A stretch of DNA of 64,000 nucleotides, taken from positions 192,510,001 through 192,574,000 of the forward strand of contig OZ024742.1 of the NCBI GenBank assembly GCA_964016885.1, written 5' to 3'. The position numbers and the translations under genes are program-made. The stretch is from Eledone cirrhosa. Its lineage: Eukaryota. The notes beneath the pieces are model-generated. The model saw only the letters and a list, made by a program, of their open reading frames with translations. It had not been told where the DNA came from and searched no databases. Below are positions 13,901-24,494 of this stretch, in pieces (positions within the stretch are counted from its first letter, which is position 1; each line of letters starts with the position of its first letter).

Positions 13901-16900
13901 GTGGGCTGGGTGCTTTTTTGCCGTGGCACCTCCACGACCATTTTGCAGTGGGAGGGTGTGGGGGCATATTGTCTATATGCTTCAGCTTCGGCTTGTACCC
14001 GTGCGAAGTCGGGTCTTCTGTATTACTGCGTGATGCCAGAGGTCACGGTTGTGTGTCATCGCCCTTGAGAGGTGCAATTAGGTAAGGTCGGTTTTTATCA
14101 CCTCGTCCCAGGTCTTGGGTCTCCCCACTCCGTGGCTTCCATTGACTTCTAGTGCTCTGCACCTTTTTATGCAGCTGTCATCCTTCATACACATCACATA
14201 TCCATACCAACGCAACCTCCTCTCCTGCACACAGCATTTGATTCGTCTTAAGCTCAGTCTCTCTCTCAATTCGTTTATGCTTTGCCGTTTGCATATATTA
14301 CTATTACACATCCATCGGAGCATGCAAGCTTCGTTTCTTTCTAATCTACGCAAGTCTTCTACAGACAGTGCCCAGGTCTCACTACCATGTAACATTGCTG
14401 TTCATATACACGCATCATACAGTCTGCCTTTCATTTTGAGGGAAAAGCCTTTTGCAGCTAGCAGTGGCAGTAGCTCTCTGAACTTCTTCCATCCCGTTCT
14501 TACCCTAGTTATTGTACTTTCCAAACACCCACCTCTGCTGCTAATTCTGTCGCCTAGGTAGCAGAAGCTGTCTACTGTTTCTACAGAACCCTCCCAGAGT
14601 TTGGTGGTGCTTGTTTCATGTGGCCATTTGCTGTTTGCTGTCCCAGTGCAGCTACTGCATATGAAGCCTACATTCTTAGTTAAGCTTCCTGAGATCCCAC
14701 TACATCTCTTGTGTACCCATTGTTTGCATTTGGGGCCGAGGATGGAGTTCATACCTACACCTTTCCTACATACTGAGCAAGGCCATTTTCCCTGAGGGGA
14801 TCTGGGTTCTGTTTTCTCGTCTACTTACAAGGACCTTAGTCTTTGTCAGGTTGACTTTGAGACCCTTTCTTTCTAGTCCCTGTTTGGAATTTCTTCTCTA
14901 GTTCCACCATAGATTCAGCTATAAGTGCGAGATCATCCACATATAGGAGGTCCCATGGTCATCCGGTCTTAAACTCCTCTGTTATTGCCTTCAAAACTAT
15001 AATGAACAGCGCAGAGCGAAGAACAGAGCCCTGATTGACACCGACCTGTATGCTAAAATCCTCACTATAGTCATTGCTAACCCTAACTTTGTTGACTGCT
15101 CCTCTATACATGGCTTGTACAGCTTTCACAAGTCATTCATCTACTCCTAATTTTCTAAGAGCCCACCATATTATAGCAGGGGGGTACTCTGTTGAAGGCT
15201 TTTTCCAGATCGACGAATGCCAGGTAAAGCGGCTTACTTTTAGCTTACTTTTCCTGTAACTGCCTCACAAGGAAGAGGGCATCAGCGGTGCCTTTTCCTG
15301 GTACAAACCCAAATTGCATCTCATCTAGGTTCACCCGGTCCCTAATCAACTGTGCTATAACTCTTTCTGTTACTTTCATGGCCTGGTCCATCAGCTTTAT
15401 ACCTCTATAGTTTCCTCTATCTAGTGCATCACCTTTACCCTTGAAGTAGTTGATAATGATGCTGCTGCACCAATCCTTTGGTATGACACCTAGTATTACC
15501 TGGTTAACAATACATGTGGTTATAGTGTGATCTACCGACCTAGATGCCTTCAGCATCTCGGCAGCTATACCCAATGGACCGGTTTCCTTCCCCGTCTTCA
15601 TATCTTTGATTGCCTTACTTACTACGCTGCTGCTGACTTGTACTGCTGGCCCCTCTATAGGGTCTACTTGGGATAGGGTCTCTTTTTCCCATGCATTCTT
15701 CTCATTTAGTAATCTTTCATAATGGCTTTTCCATGCATCTTTCTTCTCAGCACTTGCGAGGGCAAGCTCACCTTTATCATTCCGGATACACTTCTCTCCA
15801 ATGACATCACAATTCTCTCTGACACATTGCCTCGCAATCTTGAACACCGCCTGTCTCTGGTCCTCACGTTGCAAAACATGCTTGAATTTTCTATCCTCCG
15901 CTTCCCTTCTAGCTAAGTATACTTGTCGCCTAGCTTCCCTCCTGGTCTCTATGTAATGTACCCTGCTTCCCCTGTTCTTCCATTCTTTCCATGCCTGTCT
16001 CTTATCCTTAACTGCCTCATCTACCTTATTGTTCCACCACCAAGTCACTCTCCTCTTCCCTGTGGTCTTGCATTAACCACAGATCTCGTCTGTTGCCTTT
16101 AGTAAGCTATTTTTTAGAAACTCCCAGTGCTCTTCTACATTGAATGTCTTTATCTCTTCTTCTTTACTGTCACAGGTGTCGAGTAAAAATCTTTAAAATC
16201 TGTTACTGGCTGAGGAGTCTTTCAGCTTCCAGATCTGTCTTCTCCAGGTTGCCTTCTGTTTCCAAGTTCGTCTAGCTTTGACAGTGAGGTTGCTGACAAC
16301 TAAGTTATGTTGGAAGGTACATTCCTCACTAGGGAAGGCTTTTGTGTTTACAACCGTCCATCTATCACACCCTCTGATGAGGATAAAGTCTATCTGACTA
16401 GAATGCTCCCCTGATCTATAGGTGATCAGATGGTTGTCAGGTTTTTTTAATTTTGTGTTACATATCGACATGTCATTGGCCCCGCAGAATTCCAGAAGCC
16501 TGAAGCCTTCTTCATTTCTTGTGCTAAACCCGTGGCCTCCATGGACTCTATAGAAGTCATCACAGTGTTTACCAATGTGCCCGTTAAAATCTTCTGCAAT
16601 GATTAGGAAGTCATTGTCGTTTGTTAGGGCAGTAGTTTGCATTAGGGACTCGTAAAACTTATCATTAAGTTCATTTGGCAACCCCGATTGGGATGCGTAA
16701 GCTGATATTATTGTGGCAATTGTTTTATTCAGGACAAGTCTGAGTTTAATGATTCTTGCGTTCACCCTGTTCACTGAGATTACCTTATAATAGTATACCT
16801 ACAACACCCATCTCGTCGTCATTTCCCACCCAGAAAAATTTATAGCACTGACTTTTGCCTAGGAGGACTCTAGCGGACTCTCCTCTCCATCTAGTCTTTT

Positions 16901-19900
16901 GCACACAGCATACATCAATTTCCTTTCACTCTAGCATCTCTACAATTTCTCCTGCTCTTCCTTTCATTGTGCTTACATTGATGGTTCCAACTCGGAGTTT
17001 TGGACATTTGCCATCATTCGTAGGATGGGGTAAATTTTTGCGGGTGTGTGTGTATGCTTCCTGTCTCTGGATTAAAGCTTTGCATGGGTGCTTGGTAACT
17101 CGTAGATTCATATTCATTTTTTAATTCGGGGTTGTTCCATTTGTAAAAGGTAAACAGAAATAACAACACAAATGGTACAGTATATGGATGGAATATATTA
17201 ATTTAACGCTTGACATAGCAGGAAGAGGGTGTTAACGTTTTGGACGCTAATCCTTCATCAGAAGAAAGATTGAAGGGACAGGCAGGGCGGAATTGGAAAC
17301 ATTTTTTTAGCAAAAAATATCAGGTCTATTCATGTTGGAAATATATAATTTTTTTTATTTATGGGTAAGTTCGTATTTTCTGGTATGTTTACATGCCTAT
17401 ATATTAGAAAAATATATATATTTATACATGTTGGTGCAGTCTCACTTACACACTCTATTTATACGGATATAACTTGAGATATATCATTATCATCATCATC
17501 GTTTAACGTTCATTTTCCATGCTAGCATGGGTTAGACAGGTTGTTCCATTTGAGGCAAGTCCGATCAGGTGATCATGTCTTGCTCATACAGAACTGTTTC
17601 TGGTTTTGTTTCTACAGCTGGACCTTTCCTAACGACAACTATATATATATATATATATATCACCATCATCATCATGATCATCACTGTTCAATGTTTAATT
17701 TCCATCCTTGCATAAGTTTGATGGCTTGTCATGTTCTGAGGCTTGACTGGTCAGGTGACTGCTTTGTGTTCATATGCTCCGTTCTGGCGTGGTTTCTATG
17801 GCTAGGTGCCTTTGTAATGCCAACCACTTCACAACATTTAATGGGTAAATTTTATTGTGGCACCAGCACTACTATTTTAGAGTATGGGTTTGGGGCATTT
17901 TATTGTAGAACGAGCACTTCCCCATAACAACTCTAGCACATTACTTTTGCCCTTGCCCAAGTAGCGATGGCATTGACTTGTGGAGGTATGTAAGATGAGA
18001 GTCGGTGGGAGAACTGCATCCTGTTTGCTGATGTAGGGTGAGGTGGGGGTTGTGGGGCAGTGGTTGTCTGTCATTCCATTGTGGGAGAACAAGCACCAGG
18101 TCATAGGAGTGTCTTTGAAGAGAGTTAGTGTTATTCAGCAGTATATTGTGGGGCATATCTGGTTTTCTATGCTGGTCTGGCCTGGGTAAGGAAGGTGGTA
18201 TAGCTCCTACCTTGTGTCCATGTACTTTCCACTGTTTATCCAAGTTTAAAGAAAGAAATATACTTTTGTGTCCCAAATAATAGGGAGGGGTTGGAATAAG
18301 TGGAGGTTTGGGATTGAAATAATCGGTGGGGTGGGGGTAATTTTTCTAGGTCGTCAAGCATTTGAAGGGATTAATCTTATTATTAAGTTGGTGTCTAGAA
18401 CATAAAAGATCTTCATAAAATTATGATGTGGAAATGTTTTACATGAATAATAAATATAAAGATTTTCATCTCTTCATTACTATATTTCTATATTGTCACT
18501 GATTTTAAAATAATTCTGAAAATAATTAGAAATTTGGAGGGATTTATAATATAACTTTCTCATCATCAAGTTGCTGCTTACATGAAATTATGTTAGATAA
18601 ATATTCTCAAGTTCCAAATAATAGTAGATTGGTGGGAATAAGCCCTGGGGTTGGAAAATAGGTAATTTTTCTAGGTTGTCTCCATTGATTTTTTTTAAAA
18701 ACCAGAATTAGTTGTTTAGTTTACATATTGGGACCCCCAACCCATCCTATCCTATTTATTTTATAATGTATGGGATTTCTAGTAATGTACTTTTTTGGTC
18801 ATGTATAATCTTTTTTTAATGGATAAAGAAAGTTTCAGGAATGCTACCACTTAAAATAACATTTCGCAGGAGATAGATTAGCGGGGTGGGGATAACAGTG
18901 AGAATGGTGGAACAAATTTGAAAAGTTAATAAGAAGGAGATCCTAGAGTAGTTGCTGTATGATGTTTTATATTTACAGGTTATTAAAGAACGCACATAGA
19001 CTGGAAGTCCTTGAACTTGATCAGTTTTGTAAAATAACGCCTGACATAATTGACTATGTTGTGTCTGATAATCTGAAATTCCTGCGGTTGTCCAGGAATA
19101 CCATTAACCAAGACGTTTCATTGGTTCAGGTAAGAATCAAAGAATTTATTCTGTTAATGAGAATATTTTTTTCCTAATGCCGTTCTTTAGTATTGGACCT
19201 AAAACCCTGTTATTCTCAGCAAGATGTTTATCATAGGTTCAGGTAAAACATCAACAACAAGTGTTTTAACCCTTTAGCATTTACATTACTCTATATTTAC
19301 TATTATATTTTCACGGTAAAAGCTTTAATTCAAATAATTATCTCATATAATATTGAATCTATGAGATTTTGATATTATTTATTTTGAGAACAATTCCTTA
19401 ACATCAATATGAGTGGCTGGTTACAGCTGGTTTGAACAGAAAGCAGTGAGAATTCTGGCCGGAGATGAATGGTTTAGATGCCAAAGGGTTAAAACTATTT
19501 CCTTCTACTCCAATGAGGTTGGTGTTAGGAAGAGCATCCAGCTGTAGAAACTGAGCCAAAATCAGTCCTGTATGAGCAAGATATGGTCACCTGACCTGGC
19601 ATTGCCCACAACAGGACAACCTGTTGCTAGCGTGGAAACATTGACGTAAAACAGTGATGATGATGCTGATACTGGTGTTAGTATTGCACCCACTATGGAA
19701 GACTTCCTACACATCATGGGGTTCTTTTTGAGCTGGATGCTTCTCCTAGTGTCAACCTTTGTTGCTACTTACAACACACAAGAATATGGTGTACTTATTC
19801 TAAATTGGAGAGGACAAATTGTCAGTCGTTAGAACATTGGATAGAATACATTGCAGTATTCATTCTAGTTCTCTGGTCTCTGAGTTCAAATTCCGCTGAG

Positions 19901-22705
19901 GTTAATTTTGTCTTTCATCCTTTCAAGGTTGACTCCACCAGGAGTTACGAGTACAGAAGATTCTAAACTGGCTCATGTAAAAATTTAAGAATTAGTTCCA
20001 TCCATGAGAATATTTTAAAACAAAAACAAATATAACAAAGACAGTCAGGTCTGTATTGTTCAGAACTTTGCTTCACAACATCTGTTGCATCTTGTTTTCT
20101 ACTATAGCTTTGGGCTGACCAATAGTAGGTGGAAACTATGGAAGCCTATCATAATTCATGTCACCATGGAAAGCAAAGGTAAACTGAAAGAAAATATATA
20201 TACCACATCATCGTCATCGTCATCTTTATTGTTTAACATCCATTTTCCATTCTCGCATGGGTTAGATAGGTTGTCCTATTTGAGGCAAGTCGAGGTCAGA
20301 TGACAATGTCTTGCTCATACAGAAATGTTTCTAGCTAGGTTTCTACGGCTGGATGCCCTTCCTAATGCCAACAGTATTTACAATGTGCTGGGTGCTTTTT
20401 GTTGTGACACCTACACAACTACTTTACAGTATATATATATCATCATCATCATCATCATCATCGTTTAACGTCTATCTTCCAAGCTAACACTATATATATA
20501 TATATACAAACGAGATCGTGTAGGTGTCACGACAAAAAAACACACAGTCCACGCTGTAATGTGGCCGTGTAGGCAACACGGTAAAAACCTCCCAGACCCA
20601 CACTGTAAATGTGGTTGGTGTTAGGAAGGGCATCCAACTGTAGAAAACCTGCCAGACAGTCCTATGCGAGCAAGACAATCACTCTTGCCTCAAGTGGGAC
20701 TACCCCCGTCCAAACCCATGCAAGCGTGGAACACGGACGTTAAACGTTGATGATGATGATGATGATGATGATATAGTATATATACTTGAATATAAGCTGA
20801 GGACTATGTGACCAAAATATCGATCATAGAAGCGGGGATTGGTTTATATTTGCGGTTAATATTTTGACAATTTTCACCAGCTTCAAATTCTGTGGATTTT
20901 TGCCCATTTCTCAGACATAAAATAGTGGGGTCAACTTATATTCGAATATATACGCTAGTAATGTTTCTAAGAATATAGGTAAGAACTTTCTGCCCCTAAT
21001 TAGAAGATATTTTCCATGTAGTCACAAATGTCACAAGCTCTTCAGCTCCCACATTGTTAAGATTAGCTATTCCTGTCTAGATAGCATCACTTCAAACATG
21101 GTATAAGGAAAAAAAAATAATACACAGCCACACAGACCTCAACACACCAACTTGTAACTTCTGAAATCCTACCAATTGTTCCCTGCTTAGATCCTTTGAA
21201 CATATAAGATCTATCAGAATTGTTAGGTGGCATAAATAGTGATTTTGTTGTTACAGTGACATAAGCATGTCTTACTATCTTCTTATATTTCAGTTTTCTA
21301 CAACTTTGGAAGATTTGGATCTATCAGATATTGAACCACGATATCTTGTCAATGAGTTACTAAGGGGTTTAATCAATCATGCATCCCAGTTAGCTCGACT
21401 GGATGTCTCCAACACTCAAATTTCCCTTGAAATCCTCCAGTAAGTTCTCTCCTTTTTATTTATAGTATGATAGCACAAAAATCAACATCATCATCATTAT
21501 TTAATATCGATTTTCCATACCTGCATGAGTTAGATGGGCTGTAAGACAAGTCAGGTGATCATTTCTTGCTCATAGAATGGTTTTCTATAGCGGGATGCCC
21601 TTCCTAACACCAATCACCTTACAACATGACTGGGAGCTTATTACATGGCATCAGCACTACCAACATACAGTGTAGACTGGGTGCCTTTTTTGTGGCACCA
21701 GCACAACTCCTTTACAGTGTAGACTGGGTGTTTCTTTCATGGCACCAACACTACCCACCATCTTACTGCATGAACAAGGAGCTTTTTTTTTATGACACTA
21801 GCATGACTATATTTTATATTGTGTACTGGGTTTGTTTTATCATGTCACCAGAGCTACTTCATTACAATGTTTTGGTGTTCAATGTGTCCTTGGCCCAGCT
21901 AGGTAGCCAATGATGTGAGGAAGATAAGAGGGCAAATGTTAAGCTACATGTTTGCTGTTGAGGGGGAACTTTCTGAGGCAGTGTTTTACAGCTGGATACC
22001 CTTTTTAGTCATATTTTATGACACAGATAACCTGTTGACTTGTACAGTTGATTGAAGAGCCAATTGAAAGCAGATACTCTGTTTTCAGATATGCCACACT
22101 GTATCCCTGCAGCTTGTTAGAGATGACTAAAACAATTGGTGTCAGGAAGGGCATTTGATTGTAAAATTCTGCATTAAAAATTCGGCTATGCCTTGGAAAA
22201 ATGGGCTTTAAAAAGGCGAGCATGATTAAACACATTTCAAACTCTACACATTTGTAACTCAGTTTTATTGAGCACTTTTATGGTTTTGTACCACAAACGA
22301 TATTATTATTACATCGGACGCCATGCTTTGCAGCATGTAGTTACGACCCTTTACGGCCTTAGTTCAAATCCCGCCGAGGTTAACTTTGCCTTTTATCATT
22401 ACGGGGTCGATAAAATAAAGCACCAGTAATGCACTGGGATAATTGCTGTCCTTGTGCCAAAAGTAGAAACAATTATTATTACATCAATTTTTCGATATCT
22501 GCATGTGATGGATGGGTCTTCTCTTGTATAGCATTCTTCCCACTTATCACATTTATATATATTTTAATGTATTTACAGGTCACTCCTTAAAAGGTTACAT
22601 GAGATAAAATACCTCAACATTTCCTATTGCCGTGAGCTGCCAAGAGGAATTAAACGACTCCATATTGATAATGAAATTCAAGACTTACGTAAAAGACTTC
22701 TTTGA
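4507..22705 (+). CDS. FBXL6: F-box/LRR-repeat protein 6-like gene (5'-partial, 9 coding exons in window, ~425 aa)
   Basis: Nine AG/GT-bounded exons join in frame (144+190+135+129+159+98+151+146+127 nt) and end at TGA 22703-22705. F-box 'VPIDVWVEIFSRCVKLEGALPFLVRASKVCGSWHEAAKSPRLW', LRRs and C-terminal 'YLNISYCRELPRGIKR' resemble recalled FBXL6 ([20 protein letters not shown]...YLNLESCRCLPRGLKR). Confidence 0.85.
4690..4950 (-). mobile_element. RTE-like LINE 3' fragment (family C)
   Basis: Reverse complement aligns to 6235-6500; YYGHVVRM RT C-terminal motif. Confidence 0.75.
5114..5775 (+). mobile_element. 5'-truncated RTE family A copy with (GAT)n tail
   Basis: Near-identical to 3258-3921. 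Confidence 0.95.
5815..6116 (+). mobile_element. RTE-like 3' fragment with short 3' UTR (family D; second copy on minus at ~10433-10668)
   Basis: GHVMC/RGRLRKIW RT C-terminus followed directly by the CCATxCAAGCATG hairpin and GAT tail. Confidence 0.75.
6233..6500 (+). mobile_element. RTE-like LINE 3' fragment (family C) inserted in an AT-rich repeat
   Basis: RRPRDRHQARWLDNI motif; its flanks are contiguous in the inverted copy at 18360-18580. Confidence 0.75.
6631..6820 (+). CDS. FBXL6: FBXL6-like exon B (ASKVCGSWHEAA...LTAEGLK)
   Basis: ttttcag acceptor, gtaatt donor; completes the AG|G Arg codon from exon A. Confidence 0.88.
7005..7255. repeat. Degenerate ~19-bp minisatellite (CCACTATTTTACCCAGAAT-like)
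   Basis: Recurrent CCA(C)TATTTTAC motif. Confidence 0.7.
7580..7772 (+). mobile_element. RTE 3'-UTR-derived short element
   Basis: AGGAAGGGCATCC motif, CCATGCTAGCATGG hairpin, GAT tail. Confidence 0.8.
7935..8270 (-). mobile_element. tRNA-derived SINE (family S3)
   Basis: Reverse complement matches the SINE reconstructed across the Helitron at 31960-32046 + 37676-37900. Confidence 0.65.
8563..8750 (+). mobile_element. tRNA-derived SINE (family S1)
   Basis: A-box-like TGGCAGTATCGG, B-box GAGTTCAAATCC, central GCCTTTCATCCTTACGGGGTCGATAAAATAAAGTACC; many copies in window. Confidence 0.85.
9010..9606 (-). mobile_element. 5'-truncated RTE family B copy
   Basis: Matches the 3' end of the 13783-17095 element; CAT tail on plus strand. 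Confidence 0.9.
10784..10918 (+). CDS. FBXL6: FBXL6-like exon C (SVASYCPHLEHLNLS...NLLNCK), LRR
   Basis: ctttcag acceptor, gtaagt donor, 45 codons, CPxL LRR motifs. Confidence 0.88.
11140..11385. repeat. Fold-back inverted repeat (~110-bp arms) in TA-rich context
   Basis: TTATTTCAATGGTTCCCTTATGCAA / TTGCATAAGGGAACCATTGAAATAA etc. Confidence 0.85.
11405..11533 (+). CDS. FBXL6: FBXL6-like exon D (SLEKNHVP...ELFHTQL)
   Basis: tttacag acceptor, gtaagc donor, 43 codons, phase 0/0. Confidence 0.82.
11570..11745. repeat. (TAG)n compound / 30-bp tandem repeat
   Basis: Directly visible. Confidence 0.9.
12027..12214 (+). mobile_element. Penelope pLTR-like short element with fold-back head and half-hammerhead (copies at ~39120-39300 minus and 55913-56106)
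   Basis: ~98-bp imperfect palindrome, GAAA-YGGC..GAGCTC..GCYR-TC motif, shared ACTCTACTAC...AAGTATTGAGTACTCTG tail. Confidence 0.6.
12357..12515 (+). CDS. FBXL6: FBXL6-like exon E (INCHNLEMLEL...VTKLQM)
   Basis: ttacag acceptor, gtaagt donor, 53 codons, LRR pattern. Confidence 0.85.
13623..13720 (+). CDS. FBXL6: FBXL6-like exon F (EESVGFPVLKHLAL...NILKR)
   Basis: ccatag acceptor, gtaaga donor; GFPxL motif as in FBXL6. Confidence 0.85.
13783..17095 (-). mobile_element. RTE-clade LINE, family B, near full length and decayed (EN, RT with PHD insert)
   Basis: ORF fragments GTINVSTMKG, QIDFILIR, QFGFVPGKGT, CKQWVHKRC, LRWYG; intronic, antisense to FBXL6. Confidence 0.93.
17140..17270 (-). mobile_element. 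Short HHR-bearing pLTR-like element (family H1), GAAA mutated to AAAA
   Basis: Homologous to 31761-31890, 43906-44009 and 7510-7556. Confidence 0.7.
17485..17930 (-). mobile_element. Two decayed RTE 3'-UTR-derived short elements
   Basis: CAT tails, TTCCATGCTAGCATGGGTT, and GGATGCCCTTCCT-like motifs. Confidence 0.7.
18979..19129 (+). CDS. FBXL6: FBXL6-like exon G (LLKNAHRLEVLEL...DVSLVQ)
   Basis: tttacag acceptor, gtaaga donor, phase 2/0. Confidence 0.85.
19270..19488. mobile_element. piggyBac-type MITE
   Basis: TTAA on both sides (19266-69, 19489-92); TIRs CCCTTTAGCATTTA / TAGATGCCAAAGGG (12/14 match). Confidence 0.75.
19518..19670 (+). mobile_element. RTE 3'-UTR-derived short element
   Basis: TTAGGAAGAGCATCCAGCTGTAGAAA and GAT tail. 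Confidence 0.75.
20205..20430 (-). mobile_element. RTE 3'-UTR-derived short element
   Basis: GGATGCCCTTCCTAA; CAT tail on plus strand. Confidence 0.75.
20507..20772 (+). mobile_element. RTE family A 3'-UTR fragment inserted in (TA)n
   Basis: Near-identical to 3660-3921. Confidence 0.9.
21294..21439 (+). CDS. FBXL6: FBXL6-like exon H (FSTTLEDLDLS...ISLEILQ)
   Basis: tttcag acceptor, gtaagt donor, LRR. Confidence 0.85.
21485..21880 (-). mobile_element. Decayed RTE 3'-UTR-derived element with ~45-bp subrepeats
   Basis: GGATGCCCTTCCTAACACCAA plus repeated TACAGTGTAGACTGGGTG units. Confidence 0.7.
22313..22480 (+). mobile_element. SINE family S1 (5'-truncated)
   Basis: Matches 8590-8750. Confidence 0.85.
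22579..22705 (+). CDS. FBXL6: FBXL6-like terminal coding exon (SLLKRLHEIKYLNISYCRELPRGIKR...RLL*)
   Basis: tttacag acceptor, completes the CA|G Gln codon, TGA stop. Confidence 0.88.
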
Positions 22706-22904
22706 GATTGTGATGCTGTTCCCACTGGAATATATGTTGGCATGTTAACAGGAATTCCTCACACACATTCCTCACCAGTTTCCAAAGTTTTCAGAGTACA
22801 TGTAATTGTGGTACCAGCCACAGAGAAGTTATCTTGTAACCTCGTAACACTTAGGTGGCCTCACTACTCTGCTCTGTTCAATTAAGACAATATGGTATAT
22901 TAAA

Positions 22905-24235
22905 TGAATAGAGGACAGGGTGATGAGAGAGGAAGACAGGGTGACAACAAGGGAAGAGGATGAAGAGAAGACAATAGTGACAGGGAAATAGGTGATGGGG
23001 GGGGGGGGAGAAAGAGGATAGAAGACAGTGTTGATATAAAAAGTGGGGGCATATAAGAGAGTGATGACAGAGAAAAAGTAGATATAAGACTGTGATGACA
23101 GACAAAGTGGGTTGATAGAAGACTGATGACAGTGAATGAGGGTAGATAGAAGATTGTGATGACAGAGAAAGAGGGTGGATTGCCTGAAGGCTGATGACAG
23201 AAAAGGTAGATATAAGACTGATGAGAGAGAAATAGGATGGATAGAAGACTGATGAGAGAGAAAGAGGGTGGATATAAGACTGATGAGAGAGAAATAGGAT
23301 GGATAGAAGACTGATGAGAGTGAAAGAGGATGGATATAAGACTGATGAGAGAGAAAGAGGATGGATAGAAGACTGATGAGAGAGAAAGAGGGTGGATAGA
23401 AGACTGATGAGAGAGAAAGAGGATGGATAGAAGACTGATGAGAGAGAAAGACGGTGGATAGAAGGCTGATGAGAGAGAAAGAGGATGGATAGAAGACTGA
23501 TGAGAGAGAAAGAGGATGGATAGAAGGCTGATGAGAGAGAAAGAGGATGGATAGAAGACTGATGAGAGAGAAAGAGGATGGATAGAAGACTGATGAGAGA
23601 GAAAGGGGATGGATAGAAGACTGATGAGAGAGAAAGAGGATGGATAGAAGACTGATGAGAGAGAAATAGGATGGATAGAAGGCTGATGAGAGAGAAATAG
23701 GATGGATAGAAGGCTGATGAGAGAGAAATAGGATGGATAGAAGGCTGATGAGAGAGAAAGAGGGTGGATAGAAGTCTGATGAGAGAGAAAGAGGATGGAT
23801 AGAAGACTGATGAGAGAGAAAGGGGATGGATAGAAGACTGATGAGAGAGAAAGAGGATGGATAGAAGACTGATGAGAGAGAAATAGGATGGATAGAAGGC
23901 TGATGAGAGAGAAAGAGGATGGATAGAAGGCTGATGAGAGAGAAATAGGATGGATAGAAGACTGATGAGAGAGAAAGAGGATGGATAGAAGACTGATGAG
24001 AGAGAAATAGGATGGATAGAAGGCTGATGAGAGAGAAATAGGATGGATAGAAGGCTGATGAGAGAGAAATAGGATGGATAGAAGGCTGATGAGAGAGAAA
24101 TAGGATGGATAGAAGGCTGATGAGAGAGAAAGAGGGTGGATATAAGACTGATGAGAGAGAAAGAGGATGGATAGAAGACTGATGAGAGAGAAATAGGATG
24201 AGAGAGAAAGAACGAAGATAGAAAACTAATGACAA
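22905..24235. repeat. 31-bp purine-rich minisatellite (GATGAGAGAGAAAGAGGATGGATAGAAGACT), >30 copies, degenerate towards its 5' edge
   Basis: Directly visible; the 31-aa periodicity of the minus-strand ORF equals 3 units. Confidence 0.95.
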
Positions 24236-24494
24236 AATAGGTGGATTGAATATATGAGAATAGAATGTGTATGATTATTGTGACTAACAGACAGACAGCC
24301 TGGTAGACAGACAGACAGGCACATTTGTAAGACAGAAAATACTGATTACATTATGCCCATTTTCCGAAAATCTCATTTGAGTTTACTTCATGTCCAAAAT
24401 CTCATTTGTATCTAATACATATTTCATTTTTTATTTTATTAAAATGATAATTATATATATAAATTCTATCTCATTGTTTGGTTTATTTCACAGT

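Noticed and set aside
22829-24235. 468-aa Ser/Leu-rich minus-strand ORF
   Set aside because: A stop-free 31-bp repeat read through all three frames; no domain signal.
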